The position numbers and the translations under genes were made by a program. Source: Gemmatimonadaceae bacterium (GTDB lineage: Bacteria > Gemmatimonadota > Gemmatimonadetes > Gemmatimonadales > Gemmatimonadaceae). From it: a stretch of 64,000 bases of DNA. The DNA lies in contig JBBDYC010000003.1 of NCBI GenBank assembly GCA_040901985.1, forward strand, positions 28,283-92,282. Direction: 5' to 3'. Below are positions 22,897 through 32,127 of the stretch, piece after piece. The stretch's first letter is position 1. Every line of letters begins with the position of its first letter. The notes under the pieces were generated by a model. That model had not been told where the DNA came from, did no database searches, and saw only the letters and a program-made list of their open reading frames with translations.

Positions 22897-23609
22897 TTGG
22901 CGCGGTCGCTCGGCGCCTTGAGCCGGTAGCCGAAGCCCCGAACCGTCTCGATCAGGTCGCCGGCCGGGTGCAGCTTGGTCCGCAGCCGCTGGACGTGCAT
23001 ATCCACCGTCCGCGTCTGGATGTCGGGCGCGGCGGCCCAGACCGTCTCGAGCAGGTGCCCCCGCGCCTGGACCCGGCCGCGGCGCTCGGCCAGGGTGAGC
23101 AGGAGCTTGAACTCGGTCGGCGTCAGCTCGATCTCGTGGTCGTTCACCGTCACGCGATGCGCCGTCCGGTCCACCCGGATCGGCCCGATCTGGAGCACGT
23201 CGCCCTGCTCAGCGGCCGTCGAGACCCGCCGGAGAATGGCGCCGACCCGCAGTACCAACTCTTGGGGGCTGAACGGCTTGGTGAGGTAGTCGTCGGCGCC
23301 CAGCTCGAGCCCCTTGATGCGATCGGGCTCCTCCTTCCGCGCCGTGAGCATCAGGACGGCGAGCTTCGCCGTCGCGGCGTCGTCGCGGAGCTTGGCGAGG
23401 ACCTCGAACCCCGACATCCCGGGCAGCATCAGGTCGAGGACAACCAATGATGGCGGGTCGCGCCTGGCGAGGGCGAGCGCGTCGGGGCCCGACGAGGCCG
23501 ACGAGACGCGGTAGCCGGCCTTCGCGAGGTGGTAGACGACCAGGGCGACGATGTCGGGCTCGTCGTCCACGACGAGGATCCGCTCGGCGTCGGCGGCGCG
23601 TTGCTTCAC
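22893..23609 (-). CDS. phoB: OmpR/PhoB-family response regulator
   Basis: VVDDE, LDLMLP, GADDYLTKPF, TRTVDMHVQRLR, TVRGFGY; coupled to phoR. Confidence 0.85.
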   Translation of the reverse strand: MKQRAADAERILVVDDEPDIVALVVYHLAKAGYRVSSASSGPDALALARRDPPSLVVLDLMLPGMSGFEVLAKLRDDAATAKLAVLMLTARKEEPDRIKGLELGADDYLTKPFSPQELVLRVGAILRRVSTAAEQGDVLQIGPIRVDRTAHRVTVNDHEIELTPTEFKLLLTLAERRGRVQARGHLLETVWAAAPDIQTRTVDMHVQRLRTKLHPAGDLIETVRGFGYRLKAPSDRAK

Positions 23610-24232
23610 GCCACGCTGTCGGCGAAGCGCCGCACGATGGACGCGAGGAGCAGGTCCACCGCAATTGTGTTCTCGCCCCCCCGCGGGATGATCAGGTCGG
23701 CGTAGCGCTTGCTCGGCTCGACGAACTGCAGGTGCATTGGCTGCACCGTGTTGAGGTACTGGTCGAGGATTTCCTCGAGCGGCCGGCCGCGGACCGCCAT
23801 ATCCCGGCGGATCCGCCGGATCAGCCGGATGTCGGCGTCGGTCTCCACGAACACCTTGACGTCGCAGTGGTCGCGGATCCGCGCGTCCACCAGCAGCAGG
23901 ATCCCGTCCACGACGATCACATCGGCCGGCTCGACCCGCTCCGGTGTCGGCGCGCGGAGGTGCGTCACGAAGTCGTAGACCGGCTTGTCAATCGGCCGGC
24001 CGGCGGCGAGTTCGCCGAGGTGGTCGGCGAGCAACTGGAGGTCGAAGGCGTCGGGGTGGTCCCAGTTGACCACGCGGCGCTCGGCGAGCGTGAGCTCCGG
24101 ACGGTCGCGGTAATAGGCGTCCATATCAATGAACGCCACCCGCAGGCCGGGGAGCGACTCGGCGATCCGCTTGGCGACGGTGGACTTGCCGGAGCCGCTC
24201 CCGCCGGCGATGCCGATGATCAGCGGGCGCAT
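23606..24232 (-). CDS. udk: Uridine kinase
   Basis: IIGIAGGSGSGKST, DAYY, NWDHPDAFD, RRIRRD, VEPSKRYAD. Confidence 0.95.
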   Translation of the reverse strand: MRPLIIGIAGGSGSGKSTVAKRIAESLPGLRVAFIDMDAYYRDRPELTLAERRVVNWDHPDAFDLQLLADHLGELAAGRPIDKPVYDFVTHLRAPTPERVEPADVIVVDGILLLVDARIRDHCDVKVFVETDADIRLIRRIRRDMAVRGRPLEEILDQYLNTVQPMHLQFVEPSKRYADLIIPRGGENTIAVDLLLASIVRRFADSVA

Positions 24233-24416
24233 CAGCGGTCGTCGGAGGGGGTGCGCACCCGTGAAATCTGCCCGACGGCGGCGTGGGCGTGAAGCATCGG
24301 GGCTGTCACGGTACTGTATCGGGCGGCTGGAGGGATGGCGAACGTTGGGGTGTGGCTCGCGGGGCGTCAACCGAATGGCCCTCCCGGTCGCCCCCGACGG
24401 GGCGGTATTCTTCCTG

Positions 24417-27400
24417 ATGGCCCAACGACTTGCCCCACTCGCGGTCGCCCTCCTTCTCGGGGCCGCGCTCGCGCCGCTTCCGGTTGCCGGCCAGGACCGG
24501 CTCGACCTCAAAATTGCCGCGACGACCGACGTCCACGGCCGGCTGCGCGCCTGGGACTACTCCACCGGGCGCCCCGACTCCCTCCGCGGCCTCACGCGCA
24601 TCGCCACGATCGTGGATTCGCTCCGGAGCGCGGCCCGCGGTCGCGTGGTCCTGGTGGACGCCGGCGACCTGCTGCAGGGGAACGCGATGACCTACGTCGC
24701 CGGTCGCGTGGACTCGCTCGCCCCGAACCCGGTGATCGTCGCGATGAATGCCATGCGCTATGACGCCGCCGCGGTCGGGAACCACGAGTTCAACTACGGC
24801 GTGGACCAGCTCGACCGGGCGCTCTCGTCGGCTCGCTTCCCCTTTCTCGCCGCGAACACGCGCCGACTCGACGGCGGCACGCCGTTCGCCGGTCGCACGA
24901 TGGTCGTTCGCTCGGGTGTCCGCATCGCCATCATCGGCGTCACGACGCCGGGCTCGATGGTCTGGGACCGCGACCACCTGCGCGGGCGCTTCATCGTGGA
25001 CGACATCGTGGCCGCCGTCCCGCGCGAGGTCGCGGCGGCGCGCGCCGAGGGCGCCGACGTGGTGGTCGTCGTCGCCCACTCCGGCCTCGGCGAATTGACC
25101 TCGTACGACACGCTCGCCACCGGGCTGCCGAGCGAGAACGCGATGGCCCGTGTGGCGCGCGAGGTGCCCGGCATTGACGTGATGGTGATCGGCCACTCCC
25201 ACCGACAGGTCACCGACAGCACGATCAACGGCGTCCTCGTGGTCCAACCGCGCAACTGGGCGACGAGCCTGGCCGTCGCGACGGTCTCGCTCGAGCGGCA
25301 GGGCGGCCGCTGGCGCGTGGCCGCCAAGCGCGGAGAGACCGTGCAGGCGCAGGGCTGGCCCGAGCATCGCGCCCTCGCGCGCGCGCTCGAGGGCCCGCAT
25401 CGCGCGGCAATCCGCTACGCCACCACGGCCATAGGCACCACCGCCGCCGACTGGCGCGCCGACTCGGCGCGCGTGACCGACACGCCGATCATTGACCTCA
25501 TCCAGGACGTCCAGCGCCGGGTCTCTGGGGCCGAGCTCAGCATCGCCTCGGTCTTCTCGCCCAACGCGCGCTTCGAGCCGGGCGCAATCACGGTCGAGCG
25601 CGTGGTGGACCTCTACCCGTACGAGAACACGCTGCGCTCGCTGCGACTGAGCGGCGCGCAGATCCGTGCCTTTCTCGAGCAGAGCGCGCGCTACTGGGTG
25701 GTCGAACGGTCGGCCGACGGCGCGCTGCGCTTCGGGCCCGACCGCACGATCCCCGGCTATAACTACGACCTCCTCGCCGGCCTCGACTACGTGATGGACC
25801 TCTCGCAGCCGATGGGGCGCCGCATCACCGTCCTCGCCAAGGGGGGCGTGCCGGTCGCCGACCACGACTCCTTCACCGTCGCCGTGAACAGCTATCGCGC
25901 GTCGGGCGGCGGCGGGTACGACATGCTGCGCGGCGCGCCGGTGATCTACCAGGGCACCGCGGAGATCCGCGAGCTGATCGTCGAGGAGATCCGGCGGCGC
26001 GGTACGATCTCTCCCGAGGACGTCTTCGTCCGGAACTGGACGCTCCTGCCGCCCCGGCGGTCGCTGCGGGTCTTGGCGATCAACGACCTGCACGGTGGGC
26101 TCGAGAAGCGGCCCGACGGCACCGCCGGGAATCGCGGCGGCGCGGCCGAGCTCGCCGCGATGCTGCGCGACGCGGCAGCCGAGTGCGCGCCGGTCTGTAC
26201 GCCGCTCGTGCTCCACGGTGGCGACCTCTTCCAGGGAACTCCCGCCTCCAACCTCGCCTACGGGTCGCCGGTCGTGGGGATCCTCCAACAGCTCGGCGTC
26301 GCGGCCGGCGCGCTCGGCAACCACGAGTTCGACTGGGGCCAGGACACGTTGCGCGCGCGGATGCGCCAGCTCGGCGCGCCGATCCTCGGCGCCAACGTCA
26401 CCTACGCCGACGGGACCGACGTGCCCTGGATCCCCGACGACACGCTGCTCGTCGTGGACGGCGTGAAGGTCGGCGTCATTGGGATCGCCGACCCGGCGAC
26501 GCCACGGACGACGATGCCGACCCACGTCGCCGACCTGCGCTTCGTGGACCCGGCGCCGGTGGTGCGCCAGCGCGCCCCCGCGCTCCGCGCGCGGGGCGCC
26601 CAGCTGGTGATTGTCGTCGCGCATCTTGGCGGGTTCTGCGACCGCGCGGCACCCGACGACTGCCGCGGCGAGATCTTCGCCGTCGCCCGCGCCCTCGACC
26701 CGGGGACGGTGGACGCGATCGTCAGCGGCCATACCCACTCCGAGGTGCGCGCCATCGTGAATGGGATCCCAATCGTCCAGGCCCGCTCCAGCGGCCGCGC
26801 GCTCGGCATCATTGACCTGCCGCTGACCAGCGGGCGCGCGGTGCCGCGCCCCGAGGTCCGGGCGGTGGTCAGCGACAGCGTCACGTCGGATCCCGCCGTC
26901 GCCGCGATCGTCGCGGCGGCCGTTGACGCCGTCGCCGACCGCACCGGCGCGCTCGTCGCCACCACCGACGTCCGTTGGCCACGCGACGGCGCGCAGTTTG
27001 CGCTCGGCAATCTGATTGCCGACGCGCAGCGCTCGGCGGGGCGGGGCGACGTCGGCGTGATGAACAACGGCGGCATCCGCGCCGAGCTCGGCGCCGGCGA
27101 GATCCGCTGGTGGTCGCTCTACGAGGTGCAACCGTTCGAGAACCGGCTGGTCGTCGTGACCGTGCGGGGCGACGCGCTCCGCCGCTACCTCGAAGGGATT
27201 GTCGGCGGCAACTCCATCCGCCATCACCTGAGCGGTGTCACGGTGGACTACGATCCGTCTGCGCCGGCCGGCCGACGGATTGTGCGCGTGGTGATAGCCG
27301 ACGGCGCGCGCCTCGACGACCGGCGCCGCTACCGTGTGGTGATGACCAACTTCCTCGCCGCCGGCGGGGACGGCGTCTCCCTCGCGGCCGACGCCCCGGT

Positions 27401-27518
27401 GGAGGAACTCGGGAGCCTCGACCTCGACGCGATGATCGCCTATCTCCGTGCCCTCCCCGGCGGGCGGCTGGTGATGACCGACGCACTGCGCGCGCCGCGC
27501 ATCCGGGCGGCGCGATGA
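24417..27518 (+). CDS. Secreted tandem 2',3'-cyclic-nucleotide phosphodiesterase / 5'-nucleotidase (YfkN-like, two catalytic modules)
   Basis: Signal peptide. Module 1: TTDVHG, DAGD, GNHEFN, GHSH, YPYEN. Module 2: NDLHG, GGD, GNHEFD, GHTH, NNGGIR, QPFEN. Confidence 0.9.
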   Translation: MAQRLAPLAVALLLGAALAPLPVAGQDRLDLKIAATTDVHGRLRAWDYSTGRPDSLRGLTRIATIVDSLRSAARGRVVLVDAGDLLQGNAMTYVAGRVDSLAPNPVIVAMNAMRYDAAAVGNHEFNYGVDQLDRALSSARFPFLAANTRRLDGGTPFAGRTMVVRSGVRIAIIGVTTPGSMVWDRDHLRGRFIVDDIVAAVPREVAAARAEGADVVVVVAHSGLGELTSYDTLATGLPSENAMARVAREVPGIDVMVIGHSHRQVTDSTINGVLVVQPRNWATSLAVATVSLERQGGRWRVAAKRGETVQAQGWPEHRALARALEGPHRAAIRYATTAIGTTAADWRADSARVTDTPIIDLIQDVQRRVSGAELSIASVFSPNARFEPGAITVERVVDLYPYENTLRSLRLSGAQIRAFLEQSARYWVVERSADGALRFGPDRTIPGYNYDLLAGLDYVMDLSQPMGRRITVLAKGGVPVADHDSFTVAVNSYRASGGGGYDMLRGAPVIYQGTAEIRELIVEEIRRRGTISPEDVFVRNWTLLPPRRSLRVLAINDLHGGLEKRPDGTAGNRGGAAELAAMLRDAAAECAPVCTPLVLHGGDLFQGTPASNLAYGSPVVGILQQLGVAAGALGNHEFDWGQDTLRARMRQLGAPILGANVTYADGTDVPWIPDDTLLVVDGVKVGVIGIADPATPRTTMPTHVADLRFVDPAPVVRQRAPALRARGAQLVIVVAHLGGFCDRAAPDDCRGEIFAVARALDPGTVDAIVSGHTHSEVRAIVNGIPIVQARSSGRALGIIDLPLTSGRAVPRPEVRAVVSDSVTSDPAVAAIVAAAVDAVADRTGALVATTDVRWPRDGAQFALGNLIADAQRSAGRGDVGVMNNGGIRAELGAGEIRWWSLYEVQPFENRLVVVTVRGDALRRYLEGIVGGNSIRHHLSGVTVDYDPSAPAGRRIVRVVIADGARLDDRRRYRVVMTNFLAAGGDGVSLAADAPVEELGSLDLDAMIAYLRALPGGRLVMTDALRAPRIRAAR

Positions 27519-27748
27519 CGGAGCCGCTGCGCGTCTTCGTGAACGGCGCCGGCGTGAGCGTGCCGGCCGGCAGCACGGTGCTCGAGGCCATCGCCGCCGC
27601 CGACCCGGACGCCGCCGCGGCCATTCGCGCTGGCAAGCGGCTGGTGGCCGACAGTCGCGGAATCCCGGTGGCGCCGGAGACGCCGCTCTCGGGCGGCTTC
27701 GTGATGCGCGTCATCGGCAATCGCGCCGGTCGCGAGGAAGTCCCGTAG
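27515..27748 (+). CDS. Small beta-grasp (ubiquitin/ThiS-like or Cys-less Fer2-like) protein
   Basis: 77 aa MTEPLRVFVNG..VSVPAGSTVLEAI; ATGA-coupled to the upstream gene and abutting add. Confidence 0.7.
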   Translation: MTEPLRVFVNGAGVSVPAGSTVLEAIAAADPDAAAAIRAGKRLVADSRGIPVAPETPLSGGFVMRVIGNRAGREEVP

Positions 27749-28792
27749 GTGCCGATGATCACGAGCGACCTCCTCCGCCGGCTGCCGAAGGCCGAGCTCC
27801 ACTGCCATCTCGACGGCTCGGTGCGCCCGGCGACGATGCTCGAGCTTGGCCGCGACCAGCGAGTCGGAATGCCCCACGACGACGCCGAGGCGCTCGGCGA
27901 CCATATGCGCGTGGACGATGCGCACAACCTCGAGGAGTACCTGGAGCGCTTCCGGGTCACGCTCAGCGTGATGCAGACCGCCGAGGCGATGGAACGGATT
28001 GCCTACGAACTCGCCGAGGACTGCGCCCGCGAGGGCGTGCGCTATCTCGAAACGCGCTTCGCGCCAATCCTGAATCTCGCGAAGGGCCTGACGATGGCCG
28101 AGGCGGTCGAGGCGCCGCTTCGCGGGCTCCGGCGCGCCGAACGCGAATACGGCATCGTCGCGCGCGTCATCATCTGCGCAATCCGCAACCGGGCGCCGGA
28201 GGATTCGCTTGCCCTCGCGCGCCTCGCCGTGGATTTTCGCGCCGACGGGGTCGTCGGCTTCGACCTCGCCGGCGGCGAGGCGGGGCACCCGGCGTCGGAC
28301 CACGCCGCTGCCTTTGACCACGCGCAGGCCCACGGCCTCCCCTGCACCTGCCACGCCGGTGAGGGCGCCGGCGCGGACTCGGTGGCCGAGGCGATGCACC
28401 GCTGCCACGCGCACCGGATCGGCCACGGCACGCGGCTGGAGGAGGACCCGGTGCTGCTCGGCGAGGCGCGCGACCGCGGCGTCGCAATCGAATGCTGCCT
28501 GACGAGCAATCTCCAGACGCACGCGGTGGAGTCGTACGACACGCATCCGCTCCGCCGCTACTTCGAGGCGGGCCTGCAGGTCTCCATCAACACGGACAAC
28601 CGCCTGATGAGCGGGACCGACCTCGTGACCGAATACGGCCTGGCCGCGAAGCACCTCGGCTTCACGTTCGATGAGCTCAGCCAGGTGGCGCGTACCGGGT
28701 TCCGCAACGCCTTCCTGCCGCCGGTCGAGCGCGACGCGCTGATCGCGCGAGTGGACGGCGAGTTCAACGCCCTGCAACGGAGTGTCGGATGA
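27749..28792 (+). CDS. add: Adenosine deaminase
   Basis: PKAELHCHLDGS, GFDLAG, HAGE, RIGHG, INTDN. Confidence 0.95.
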   Translation: MPMITSDLLRRLPKAELHCHLDGSVRPATMLELGRDQRVGMPHDDAEALGDHMRVDDAHNLEEYLERFRVTLSVMQTAEAMERIAYELAEDCAREGVRYLETRFAPILNLAKGLTMAEAVEAPLRGLRRAEREYGIVARVIICAIRNRAPEDSLALARLAVDFRADGVVGFDLAGGEAGHPASDHAAAFDHAQAHGLPCTCHAGEGAGADSVAEAMHRCHAHRIGHGTRLEEDPVLLGEARDRGVAIECCLTSNLQTHAVESYDTHPLRRYFEAGLQVSINTDNRLMSGTDLVTEYGLAAKHLGFTFDELSQVARTGFRNAFLPPVERDALIARVDGEFNALQRSVG

Positions 28793-29625
28793 CCGCCACG
28801 CCCGCCCCCCACGGCGCCGCCGCCGCGGCGGTCGCCGCCGACGCCGTGCGCGCGACGCTCGGCGTCCGCTCGCCCGCTGCCGCAATCATCCTCGGCTCGG
28901 GCCTCGGCGCCCTCGCCGAGAGCGTGACCGACGCCACCCGCGTGCCCTACCGCGAGATCCCCGGCTTCCACCAGCCGCTCGTCGAGGGCCACCGCGGCGA
29001 GCTCATCCGCGGCACGCTTGGCGGACGCGAGGTGCTCCTGCTCGCCGGTCGCTTCCATATGTACGAAGGCCACGGCGCCCACGCGGCGGCCTTTCCGGTC
29101 CGCCTGGTGCACGCGCTCGGCGCGCGCGTCCTCTTCGTGTCGAATGCCGCCGGGGGGATTTGTCGCGACTTCGAACCGGGGACGCTGATGGTGATCACCG
29201 ACCACCTCAACCTGCAGTTCCGGAACCCCCTCATCGGACCCGTCGAGCCGGGCGATGTGCGCTTCCCCGACCTGAGCGCGCCCTACTCCCCACGGCTCCG
29301 ACTGCTGCTCGAGGCGGCGGCGGGCGAGGCGAAGGTGAAACTCGCGCAGGGCGTGTATGCCGGATTGCTCGGGCCGAACTACGAGACGCCGGCCGAGGTG
29401 CGGATGCTCGAGCGCCTCGGTGCCGACGCGGTCGGGATGTCCACTGTGCCGGAGGTGATAATGGCCGCCGCGCTCGGGATGGAGGTCGCTGGCGTCAGCT
29501 GCATCACCAATCCCGCCGCCGGTATCTCGCCCACCCCGCTCAGCCACGACGAGGTCATCGAGGTCGGGAAGCGCGCGTCAACGGCCTTCTGCGGACTGGT
29601 CGAGCGCTGGGTCGCGCGGCTCTGA
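28789..29625 (+). CDS. punA: Purine nucleoside phosphorylase (trimeric type)
   Basis: ILGSGLG, GRFHMYEG, SNAAGG, GPNYETPAE, VGMSTVPE. Confidence 0.95.
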   Translation: MTATPAPHGAAAAAVAADAVRATLGVRSPAAAIILGSGLGALAESVTDATRVPYREIPGFHQPLVEGHRGELIRGTLGGREVLLLAGRFHMYEGHGAHAAAFPVRLVHALGARVLFVSNAAGGICRDFEPGTLMVITDHLNLQFRNPLIGPVEPGDVRFPDLSAPYSPRLRLLLEAAAGEAKVKLAQGVYAGLLGPNYETPAEVRMLERLGADAVGMSTVPEVIMAAALGMEVAGVSCITNPAAGISPTPLSHDEVIEVGKRASTAFCGLVERWVARL

Positions 29626-29670
29626 CGGCCGCGCCGCCCGCGCCCGCCGCGCCCGCCGCCCCTCACCCAC

Positions 29671-30474
29671 TCAGCGCGAGGCCGGCGAGGGCGGCGGCGG
29701 CGGGAGCGCTGCCAACCGGCGCTTGAACGCCTGGAAGTTCGGCGAGTCCCGGGTGAGGCCCACCAGCGCCGAGGGCGGATACTTGGCGATCCGGGACCGC
29801 GCCGCGGCAATCCGCGACTCCTCCAGCGGGTGCGTCCGGAACCAGGCCTCCAGCGCGTCGGGCTGCCGCGTCCGTTCGGCCAACAGGATCTCGAACATCT
29901 CGGGAATCCCGTTCGGGTCAATCCGCGACCGGACCAAATAGTCCACCCCCGCGGCATCGGCCTCGTCCTCGTCGGAGCGGCTGAAACTCGCCATCGCCGC
30001 GTTCGCGCCGAGCCCGACGACCGCCTGGCCGGTCTCGCTGCCGCAGATCGAGGTGAAGATGCAGATCCCGAGGATGCCGGCGTTGGCCCGCTGCGCCTGT
30101 TGCATCTGCTTCACCGAGTGCCGCATCACCACGTGGCCGATCTCGTGCCCGAGCACGCCCGCGACCTGCGACAGGTTCTGGGCCCGCTCGATCAGGCCGC
30201 GATTGATATAGACGTACCCGCCCGGGACGGCGAACGCGTTCACGTCCTTGCTGTCCACGATGAAAAAGCTCCAGTCGCGGGCCCGCGTGTCGGCGATGCG
30301 GGCAATCGAGTCGCCGAGTACGTTGATGTACCGATTGAGCTCGGCATCGCGGACGAGCGGGATTTCCGCGTTGATCTGGGCGGAGAAGTCGGCGCCCATC
30401 TGGGCTTCCTGCTGGTGCGAGATGGCGCAACCGCTGACGAATGCCGCGAGGGCGAGGACGGGGAATGCACGCAT
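29671..30474 (-). CDS. M48-family zinc metalloprotease lipoprotein (BepA/LoiP-like)
   Basis: Lipobox VSGC, VNAFAVPGG, HEIGH, EDEAD, THP. Only the last 267 codons of the 1307-aa track ORF look real. Confidence 0.92.
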   Translation of the reverse strand: MRAFPVLALAAFVSGCAISHQQEAQMGADFSAQINAEIPLVRDAELNRYINVLGDSIARIADTRARDWSFFIVDSKDVNAFAVPGGYVYINRGLIERAQNLSQVAGVLGHEIGHVVMRHSVKQMQQAQRANAGILGICIFTSICGSETGQAVVGLGANAAMASFSRSDEDEADAAGVDYLVRSRIDPNGIPEMFEILLAERTRQPDALEAWFRTHPLEESRIAAARSRIAKYPPSALVGLTRDSPNFQAFKRRLAALPPPPPSPASR

Positions 30475-31234
30475 GGGGATGCTGACCGTGGCGAGGGACC
30501 TGGTGCGCCGCAAGGCGCGAGAACGGAGTGGGCTCTTCGTCGCTGAAGGGGTCCGGGCCGTCGAGGAACTGCTCGCCTCCCCGCTCCCGATCCGCGGCGT
30601 GCTCACTACCGACCTTCTTGATCGTACCCCGCGGGGGGCGGCCTTGCATAGTCGCCTGAAAGAGCGAGGCCTCGACCTCACCCATCTGAGTGAGGCCGAG
30701 TTCCTTACGGCGTGCGATACGGACCAGCCGCAGGGCGTCCTCGCCGTCGCCGAGGTGCCCGACCGGTCGCTTGACGGGCTGGAGCTTGCGCCGGCCGCCC
30801 GGCTCCTGGTGCTGGATGGAATCCAGGACCCCGGGAACGTCGGGACGTTGCTCCGGACCGCGGCTGCCCTCGGGGTCGCGGCCACCCTGGTCCTTCCCGG
30901 GACCGTGGATCCGTGGAACGCGAAGGTCGTGCGGAGCGCGGTCGGGATGCAGTTCACCCACCCGACCATCGCGTGCACAGAGGTGGCGCTCGCCGCCTTC
31001 CGCGGCGCGCAGCGGATCGCCCTCTGGGGGGCCGACACGGACGGCACCGCCATTGACGCGCCGCCGGTGGGCCGCATCGCACTCGTAGTGGGGAACGAGG
31101 GCGCCGGGCTCAGCGCGACGGTGCGCGCGGCCTGCGACCGGATGGTCGGCGTGCCGATGGCCAAGGGCGCGGAGTCCTTGAATGTCGCGGTCGCCGCAGG
31201 CATCCTGCTCCACGCGCTCCGTCCCTCCACCTGA
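30473..31234 (+). CDS. TrmH/SpoU-family RNA 2'-O-methyltransferase
   Basis: FVAEG, PQGVLAV, IQDPGNVGTLLR, GNEGAG, ESLNVAVA. Confidence 0.93.
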   Translation: MGMLTVARDLVRRKARERSGLFVAEGVRAVEELLASPLPIRGVLTTDLLDRTPRGAALHSRLKERGLDLTHLSEAEFLTACDTDQPQGVLAVAEVPDRSLDGLELAPAARLLVLDGIQDPGNVGTLLRTAAALGVAATLVLPGTVDPWNAKVVRSAVGMQFTHPTIACTEVALAAFRGAQRIALWGADTDGTAIDAPPVGRIALVVGNEGAGLSATVRAACDRMVGVPMAKGAESLNVAVAAGILLHALRPST

Positions 31235-31239
31235 CTGCG

Positions 31240-32073
31240 ATGGAACTCCTTCTCCTCTCGACCATCTGGGCGACGATCTTCCTGATTGGCGCGAGCCTCG
31301 GCTCGTTCCTCAACGTCTGCATCGCGCGCTGGCCGGCCGAGCAGTCGGTCGTCGCGCCGCGGTCGCGCTGCCCGCGCTGCGAGACGCCAATCGCCTGGCA
31401 CGACAACATCCCGGTGCTTTCGTGGCTCCTCCTGCGCGGCCGGTGCCGCAGTTGCGCGCTCCCGATCAGCGTCCAGTATCCGCTGATCGAGCTCGCCGGC
31501 GCCGCCATCTGGGTGACGGCGTTCTGGTACTTCGACCTCTCGTTCACCGCCGTGCGAGTCGGCGTGGCGGCGACGATCCTGCTCGGCGTGGTGATGACGG
31601 ACCTGCGGCACTACGTGATTCCCGACGGGTTCACGGTCACCGGATTCCTCTTTGCGATGGCCGCCGCGCCGGTGGCGCTCTTCCTCGGCGATCTCGGCCC
31701 CTTTGCCGGCCCGCTCGACGCGCTCCTCGGGGCGTGCGCCGGCGCCGGCCTGATTGCGATCGTCGGCTGGCTCGGCGAGGTCGCGCTCGGCAAGGAGGCG
31801 ATGGGGCAGGGCGACGTGACCCTGATGGCGATGATCGGGGCGATGGTCGGGCCGTGGCGCGGCTTTCTCACGGTCTTTGTCGCGGCGGCGCTCGGCGCGG
31901 CGGTCTTCCTGCTGGTCGTCGTGCCAATCGGGGCGTGGCGCGCCAAGCGCCGGGGCGAGGAGTTCGCGCTTCCCCTCGTGCCGTTCGGCGTCTTCCTTGC
32001 GCCGGCCGGGGTGGTGACCTTGCTTTGGGGAGACGCCCTGATTGCGTGGTACATCGCCCAGCTCGTGCCCTGA
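31240..32073 (+). CDS. pilD: Prepilin peptidase / N-methyltransferase
   Basis: GSFLNV, CPRC..CRSC, TDLRHYVIPD, MGQGD, PFGVFL. Confidence 0.93.
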   Translation: MELLLLSTIWATIFLIGASLGSFLNVCIARWPAEQSVVAPRSRCPRCETPIAWHDNIPVLSWLLLRGRCRSCALPISVQYPLIELAGAAIWVTAFWYFDLSFTAVRVGVAATILLGVVMTDLRHYVIPDGFTVTGFLFAMAAAPVALFLGDLGPFAGPLDALLGACAGAGLIAIVGWLGEVALGKEAMGQGDVTLMAMIGAMVGPWRGFLTVFVAAALGAAVFLLVVVPIGAWRAKRRGEEFALPLVPFGVFLAPAGVVTLLWGDALIAWYIAQLVP

Positions 32074-32127
32074 GCGGCGCGCGGTCGCCGACCTTCCGTC
32101 CTTCCTTCCCTCCCTCGTCCTGAGCCC

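Noticed and set aside
24306..27227. 973-aa minus-strand ORF; similar long shadows at 736-3153, 50568-53585, 61286-63247 and 63103-63984
   Set aside because: Opposite well-supported genes, low-complexity Arg/Gly/Ala content, no recognisable domains.
29626..29670. GCGCCCGCC-type short tandem repeats between PNP and the M48 gene
   Set aside because: Short, low-complexity and GC-only; no spacers, so not CRISPR.
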